Below the pieces are notes generated by a model. That model made no database searches. It saw only the letters and a list, made by a program, of their open reading frames with translations, and was not told the origin of the DNA. From a bacterium (GTDB taxonomy: Bacteria > Patescibacteriota > Minisyncoccia > Phycocordibacterales > Phycocordibacteraceae), in NCBI GenBank assembly GCA_021784815.1, contig JAJYHK010000005.1, positions 25,917 through 89,916 on the forward strand: a stretch of DNA of 64,000 nt. Direction: 5' to 3'. The position numbers and the translations under genes are program-made. Shown here one piece after another: positions 59,760 to 64,000 of the stretch. The first letter of the stretch is position 1. Every line of letters starts with the position of its first letter.

Positions 59760-60368
59760 TTATCGCTCGAGGTAGTCGTCGAGCTCCGGACTGTACACGA
59801 TCGCGTCCTGCATGCGGCGGTACTCGATAATCTCCTCCGGCTTGAACCAATGCTTTATTTCCGCCTCCGCTTCGCTCGGCGAACCGGAAGCATGTATAAG
59901 GTTGCGGATGGCTCGGCCGTCGGCGTCCGACATCGGGTAGGAATCGAGCACATAATCGCCGCGAATGGTTCCCGGCGCGCTCGAAAGCGGCTCGGTACCG
60001 CCGACGATCTTGCGTACGATCTTCACCGCATGAGCGCCTTCCCAGATCATGGGGACGATCGGCCCGGCGACCATGTACTTCTTGAGGTTATCAAGAATGA
60101 CCGCGGTGACCTCGTACGGATCCTCGGACGGCGGGGTCGCGCCCTTCTCCTTATAGCTATTGATGGTCTTCTCGCCGGTCACCCGACGCCACTCGGGATC
60201 AAGCGTGTAGTGTTTCTCGACGTGCTCGGCGTTCGTCGTCATCATTTTGATCGCGAGGAGCTTGAGGCCGACGTTTTCAAAACGCTTAATGATCTCGCCG
60301 ATCAAGGCGCGCTGGACGCCATCGGGCTTTATGATAACGAGTGTTCGTTCCGTTTTAGGATGTGCCAT
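59760..60368 (-). CDS. ndk: Nucleoside diphosphate kinase (with insertion)
   Basis: ERTLVIIKPDGVQRALIGEIIKRFE...HASGSPSEAEAEIKHWF with catalytic His; start placed at MAHPKTERT. Confidence 0.8.
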   Translation of the reverse strand: MAHPKTERTLVIIKPDGVQRALIGEIIKRFENVGLKLLAIKMMTTNAEHVEKHYTLDPEWRRVTGEKTINSYKEKGATPPSEDPYEVTAVILDNLKKYMVAGPIVPMIWEGAHAVKIVRKIVGGTEPLSSAPGTIRGDYVLDSYPMSDADGRAIRNLIHASGSPSEAEAEIKHWFKPEEIIEYRRMQDAIVYSPELDDYLER

Positions 60369-60442
60369 ATCGTTTAAAAATAAAATCGCCAAAGGCGACG
60401 GGTACGGAGACACTATACACCGTTTTTAGGCAGCCGGCCAAC

Positions 60443-60971
60443 TCAGCGCGCCGGCGCAGCCGGCGCGCTCATCGTATCAAACCCAAGTTCGATGGCACGG
60501 GCGACAGCCGTATCGAGGAAGTAGAGCCCGCGATCGAGGTCGTGGCTTGCGTTGCGTTCGTTCCAGTTTGCGCGGATTTCCTCGGGCATCACCCATCGCA
60601 ATGCATACTGTTCGTGCGCTTCGAGCTGCATCGGCAGCGTGTCGGCGCTTTTTAGGATGCCAAGCAGGCAGGTTGCGTGTGCAACGCGGTTCACGTTCTT
60701 GGCGGTATTGCGACAATGCGTAAGCGCTTCGGCGTTCTTTTCCACGTGCGAAGTCGTGCAAACCGCTTTCCTCGCGCACTTCGCGCAAAATGCCCTCCCG
60801 CACCGCCTCGCCGGACTCAAGTCCGCCCGCGAAGAAATGAAAGCGTCCGTCTTTTCTTTGCTCACCGACGGAAAATCGTCGTGTTGAAGGGTCAAAAATC
60901 ACCGCACAGCCGCCGTCGCGGCGCTCCTCATTTTCGCGCTTTATGCCAAACCCAGGAATCGCCGCTTTCAT
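60443..60971 (-). pseudogene. Nudix hydrolase split between two reading frames (frameshift or assembly error)
   Basis: Nudix box GGLESGEAVREGILREVREESG in the 60477-60971 frame; C-terminal Nudix-fold half (ALRWVMPEEI...) continues in the 60443-60895 frame; switch near 60690-60750. Confidence 0.5.
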
Positions 60972-61073
60972 TACGACACGTTACTACACGGTTACGCTAA
61001 CACTCTTCGTTATTACTTTCTAAGCCCCAACCTTGCACCTCAAGATAGCGTTTCAAGATGACATCTTGAAACG

Positions 61074-61841
61074 CTATCTTGAGGATACGGTAACTGGCGT
61101 CGCGCCGCCGTTTTCGAGGATGATCGTGTGCTCGAAGCAGGCGACGCGCGAGCCGTCCTTCGTGACAAAAGAAAACCCGTCAGAGGCGAGCGTGATGGCT
61201 GCTTTCCCGATACCGACGATCGGCTCGATCGCGAGCACCATACCCTCCTCGAGCAGAGGCCCCGTCCCTGCCTTACCGAAATTGGGAATGAACGGTTCCT
61301 CGTGCACGAGTTCACCGAGACCGTGCCCGCCGAGCGCTTTGATAATAGTGAAGCCTGCCTTCTCGACCACGCGCTGCACCGCGTGGGATATGTCGCCTAC
61401 GCGGCCGTCGGGGACAGCGGCCGCAACCCCCGCCGAAAGAGCGGCCTTCGTCACGTCAAGCAGCTTCTGCGAGCGTTCGTCTACCTGCCCTACCGGCACG
61501 GTTATAGCAGAATCGACCACCATGCCGTCATGAACGAGACCAAGGTCGAGAATGACGATATCGCCCTCTTTGATGACCTTGGCAGCCTGCGGCAGGCCGT
61601 GGGCTGCCTCCTCATTTACCGATACACAAAGGCTCGCCGGATAGGGATGCATGCCGTCGGGCGCGTAGCCCAGAAACGCGGGTGTGTCGCCGCCATCGCG
61701 GATAAGCTTCTCAGCAAGGTCATCGAGACTCTGTGCCGAGACGCCCGGCGCAACCTGCTTGCCAAGCTCCTCCAATACGCGCGCAAGGCGCCTGCCGCCC
61801 TCAATGAGCGCCGTCCGCTGCCGATCGGTTGCAATAGTCAT
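61074..61841 (-). CDS. map: Methionine aminopeptidase type I
   Basis: Pita-bread fold metal ligands (D..D..H..E..E pattern in DIVILDLG, HGLGEL, EPIV, FEHT); 255 aa; follows adk as in the spc/alpha operon tail. Confidence 0.9.
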   Translation of the reverse strand: MTIATDRQRTALIEGGRRLARVLEELGKQVAPGVSAQSLDDLAEKLIRDGGDTPAFLGYAPDGMHPYPASLCVSVNEEAAHGLPQAAKVIKEGDIVILDLGLVHDGMVVDSAITVPVGQVDERSQKLLDVTKAALSAGVAAAVPDGRVGDISHAVQRVVEKAGFTIIKALGGHGLGELVHEEPFIPNFGKAGTGPLLEEGMVLAIEPIVGIGKAAITLASDGFSFVTKDGSRVACFEHTIILENGGATPVTVSSR

Positions 61842-62440
61842 GAAAGACCAAACCCAAGGGCATTACGAATATCCGCAGCAATAGCGTCCGGTCCCTGCTC
61901 GCCCCGTATATCAATGAGAACTCCCTTCTCGCGAAAGAAGTCAATGGCCTCAAGCGTATGCTCTTTGAACTCTTTGAAACGTATACGGATTTTCTCTTCC
62001 GAGTTGCTGTCAGGCCGACCGCCGAACTGAGCGCGGCTGAGCTGGCGGCGCATCGCTTCCTCCTCGCCCACTTCAAGGTTAAGGACGTTATACGGGCGAC
62101 CGAGCCAGGTCGCCACCTCGTCAAACAGCTCCGCTTCGGGGCGCCAGCGGCCCGTACCCTCGAATATCACGCCTGTGCCGTGCGGCAAGCGCAGAAGTGC
62201 GTCCTCGAAGAGATACTCCGCAAACCAGCTCGGCATGAGCCTCCCGGTGTCGTACACCTCTTTCACGCGCTCACCGAGCGCATCGCGATGCTCGCGCAAC
62301 TCGCGGAACCGCTCACCCGTGGAAAAAATGTGAAAGCCAGTATCATCGGCAAGCCGGCGTGCCTGGGTCTCCTTGCCGGAACCGGGTCGTCCGATAAAAA
62401 GGACGGTGCGCACCTGCATTTGGCTATGGGGCTGGGGCAT
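61838..62440 (-). CDS. adk: Adenylate kinase (short, no long LID)
   Basis: P-loop GRPGSGKETQA; position secY-adk-map. Confidence 0.75.
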   Translation of the reverse strand: MPQPHSQMQVRTVLFIGRPGSGKETQARRLADDTGFHIFSTGERFRELREHRDALGERVKEVYDTGRLMPSWFAEYLFEDALLRLPHGTGVIFEGTGRWRPEAELFDEVATWLGRPYNVLNLEVGEEEAMRRQLSRAQFGGRPDSNSEEKIRIRFKEFKEHTLEAIDFFREKGVLIDIRGEQGPDAIAADIRNALGFGLS

Positions 62441-62465
62441 TATAGTGAAAGTCTAGCAAAGGCGG

Positions 62466-63056
62466 ATGAAAGCCGCTATACTGAACGCACACGTGAAGAA
62501 GAGCATTATCACGATAGCCGGCTCGATCGGAAGCGGTAAGTCGTCAACTGCAAGGGCACTCGCGAACGCGCTTGGGTACCAGCATTTTTCCTCAGGCGAC
62601 CTCATGCGCGCGATCGCTATGGAGCGTAACCTGTCGATCGAGGCAATCAACGCTTTCCCAGTCGATGAGCGTCGGGACATTGATGAGCACATCGACAACA
62701 TGCTGCGCGACCTTGGTGAAGGCGAGCATCTGGTCATCGACTCGCGAATGGCGTTCCGCTGGATCCCCGACTCCTTCAAACTCTTCCTCCATGTCGACCC
62801 GGAAACGGCGGCTGAGCGTATCTTCGCGCAGATTACGAACGACGGCCGTGTGGGCCAAAGCGGTTCCTCGATTGAAGAGATTCGAGCGGCGACCGAGACG
62901 CGCACTGAACAAGAGACGGCGCGCTACCGGACGCTCTACGGCGTCGACATCTACAACGAGTCGCAGTTCGATCTTGTCATCGATACAGTGGGGGATGACC
63001 TCTCAACGGTCGCTGCGACCGCCCTCGCCGCCTACCAGACTTGGCACGAAGGGTAA
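62466..63056 (+). CDS. cmk: Cytidylate kinase-like (archaeal-type CMP kinase) P-loop kinase
   Basis: IITIAGSIGSGKSSTARALA P-loop; about 196 aa. Confidence 0.6.
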   Translation: MKAAILNAHVKKSIITIAGSIGSGKSSTARALANALGYQHFSSGDLMRAIAMERNLSIEAINAFPVDERRDIDEHIDNMLRDLGEGEHLVIDSRMAFRWIPDSFKLFLHVDPETAAERIFAQITNDGRVGQSGSSIEEIRAATETRTEQETARYRTLYGVDIYNESQFDLVIDTVGDDLSTVAATALAAYQTWHEG

Positions 63057-63132
63057 GCTGAAGAAGCAAGTAAAACGAACAAAATCCACGAACAGAGCCC
63101 GCGGGTTTTGTTCGTTTTGCGCTAGTTTTTCC

Positions 63133-64000
63133 CTAGTATTCCCGGAGCGACACCTGGGCGTCGATTTTTTGTGCGAGGTCGAGCGTCACCTGCACCGCAA
63201 TGAGAAGCGCCGTGCCACCGAGGACGAGCGTCGTGACGCCGGTAAGTCCCTGAATGATACTCGGCGCAACGGCAATGAGGCCAAGGAAGGCTGCTCCCGG
63301 GAGCGTCACGCGGTTCACCACCTGTGAGATGTACGTCTCGGTCTCGTGGCCCGGACGCACGCCCGGCACGAAGGCGCCGGTCTTTTGGAGGTTCTCCGCG
63401 ACACGGTGCGGCTCAAAAGTGACCGCCGTGTAGAAGTAGGTAAAGAGTACGACGAGGAAGAAGTAGGCGACGCCGTACTCCCAGGGATTAGCAAGGAAGG
63501 TCGCATACCACAGCGAAGCGCCTGAAGCAAAAGAAACGTGTGCTGCAGAAAGCATAGTGAGTGCCATTTGCGGGAGTAAGAGGAGTGAGAGCGCGAAGAT
63601 AATAGGAATCACGCCCGCCTGAAGGAGGCGAATCGGCAGGTAGGTATCGGCGCCCTGCGCCATAGCCGCACCGCGTACCGCACGGGCGTACGCAATCGGG
63701 ATTGAACGCTCGGCATCGGATACGACGACCACCGCATAGATCATGACGAGCGCAAGCGCGAGGAACGCGATGTATGCCGGAATGTTCGCTGCTGTAGAAG
63801 CATAGACCGCTTGGGAGATACCGGAGGGCACGCGCGCCATGATGCCCGCGAGGATGATGAGCGAGACGCCATTGCCGATGCCGAACTCGGTCACGAGCTC
63901 GCCGATCCACATGAGCAGCAGCGAGCCGCCTACGACGAGCGCGATATTCGCAATGAACGCGACCGCGCCCAGACGCGCAATGACTCCCTGGCTCTCAAGC
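63133..64000 (-). CDS. secY: Preprotein translocase subunit SecY (C-terminal part; gene continues beyond window end)
   Basis: TM7-TM10 region (GIGNGVSLIILAGI...FVPGVRPG...GGTALLIAVQV); upstream of adk. Confidence 0.85.
   Translation of the reverse strand, partial: LESQGVIARLGAVAFIANIALVVGGSLLLMWIGELVTEFGIGNGVSLIILAGIMARVPSGISQAVYASTAANIPAYIAFLALALVMIYAVVVVSDAERSIPIAYARAVRGAAMAQGADTYLPIRLLQAGVIPIIFALSLLLLPQMALTMLSAAHVSFASGASLWYATFLANPWEYGVAYFFLVVLFTYFYTAVTFEPHRVAENLQKTGAFVPGVRPGHETETYISQVVNRVTLPGAAFLGLIAVAPSIIQGLTGVTTLVLGGTALLIAVQVTLDLAQKIDAQVSLREY

Noticed and set aside
63488-63910. 140-aa minus-strand ORF inside secY
   Set aside because: It is an alternative frame of the SecY coding region, and the SecY frame carries the conserved TM segments.

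Overview
Dense, high-GC (about 60%) bacterial chromosomal window, mostly housekeeping genes on both strands, with several accessory-looking patches. Left to right:

- **Left end:** GT2 glycosyltransferase, a DedA membrane protein and an IS1595-family transposase C-terminal fragment precede glmS. A TraB/GumN-like gene follows glmS.
- **aaRS block (5.4–12.0 kb):** a repeat-bounded block carries three class-IIb aminoacyl-tRNA synthetases. Two are about 65%-identical archaeal/eukaryal-type AspRS paralogs; the third is an AsnRS-like gene. A HIT-like hydrolase and an amidohydrolase sit between them. The block ends at a tRNA-Met(CAU) whose 3' end is partially duplicated at its far boundary.
- **Core operon:** gatC-gatA-ligA.
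- **Type IV pilus locus:** complete and compact (four minor prepilins, pilD, pilA, pilC, pilT, a response regulator, pilB, pilP/O/N/M-like), followed by comFC.
- **Degraded island:** tRNA-Ser(GCU) with a truncated tyrosine integrase and a small cargo.
- **Redox module:** ECF sigma/anti-sigma pair, then ApbE, an FMN-binding protein and an RnfD/NqrB-like membrane domain fused to an FNR-like reductase.
- **Right half:** groESL, recQ-like helicase, secG, a family-5 solute-binding protein, RNase J, base-excision-repair glycosylases (MutY-like, Nth), Bcp peroxiredoxin and a VKOR, a second ECF sigma/anti-sigma pair, an ATP-grasp enzyme, and two MITE-like inverted-repeat elements bracketing a DUF2127 gene and an FMN reductase. 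Then a PolB-exo-like 3'-5' exonuclease beside a secreted PLD-family nuclease, infC-rpmI-rplT, a SET-domain protein, a beta-CASP nuclease, ndk, a frameshifted Nudix gene, and map-adk/cmk/secY (partial).

Both tRNA genes lack an encoded CCA. A dispersed short-repeat family (core GCGTCACAACCGTGTT plus T-arm-like GTTCGATTCC motifs) is concentrated between 1.7 and 12 kb. Lineage inference (small-genome, Patescibacteria/CPR-like, from archaeal-type AspRS, GatCA, RNase J plus a second beta-CASP enzyme, the T4P/ComFC cluster, and CCA-less tRNAs) is tentative. Many long ORFs in the track are antisense artefacts of high GC and were not called. No CRISPR array or rRNA was seen.
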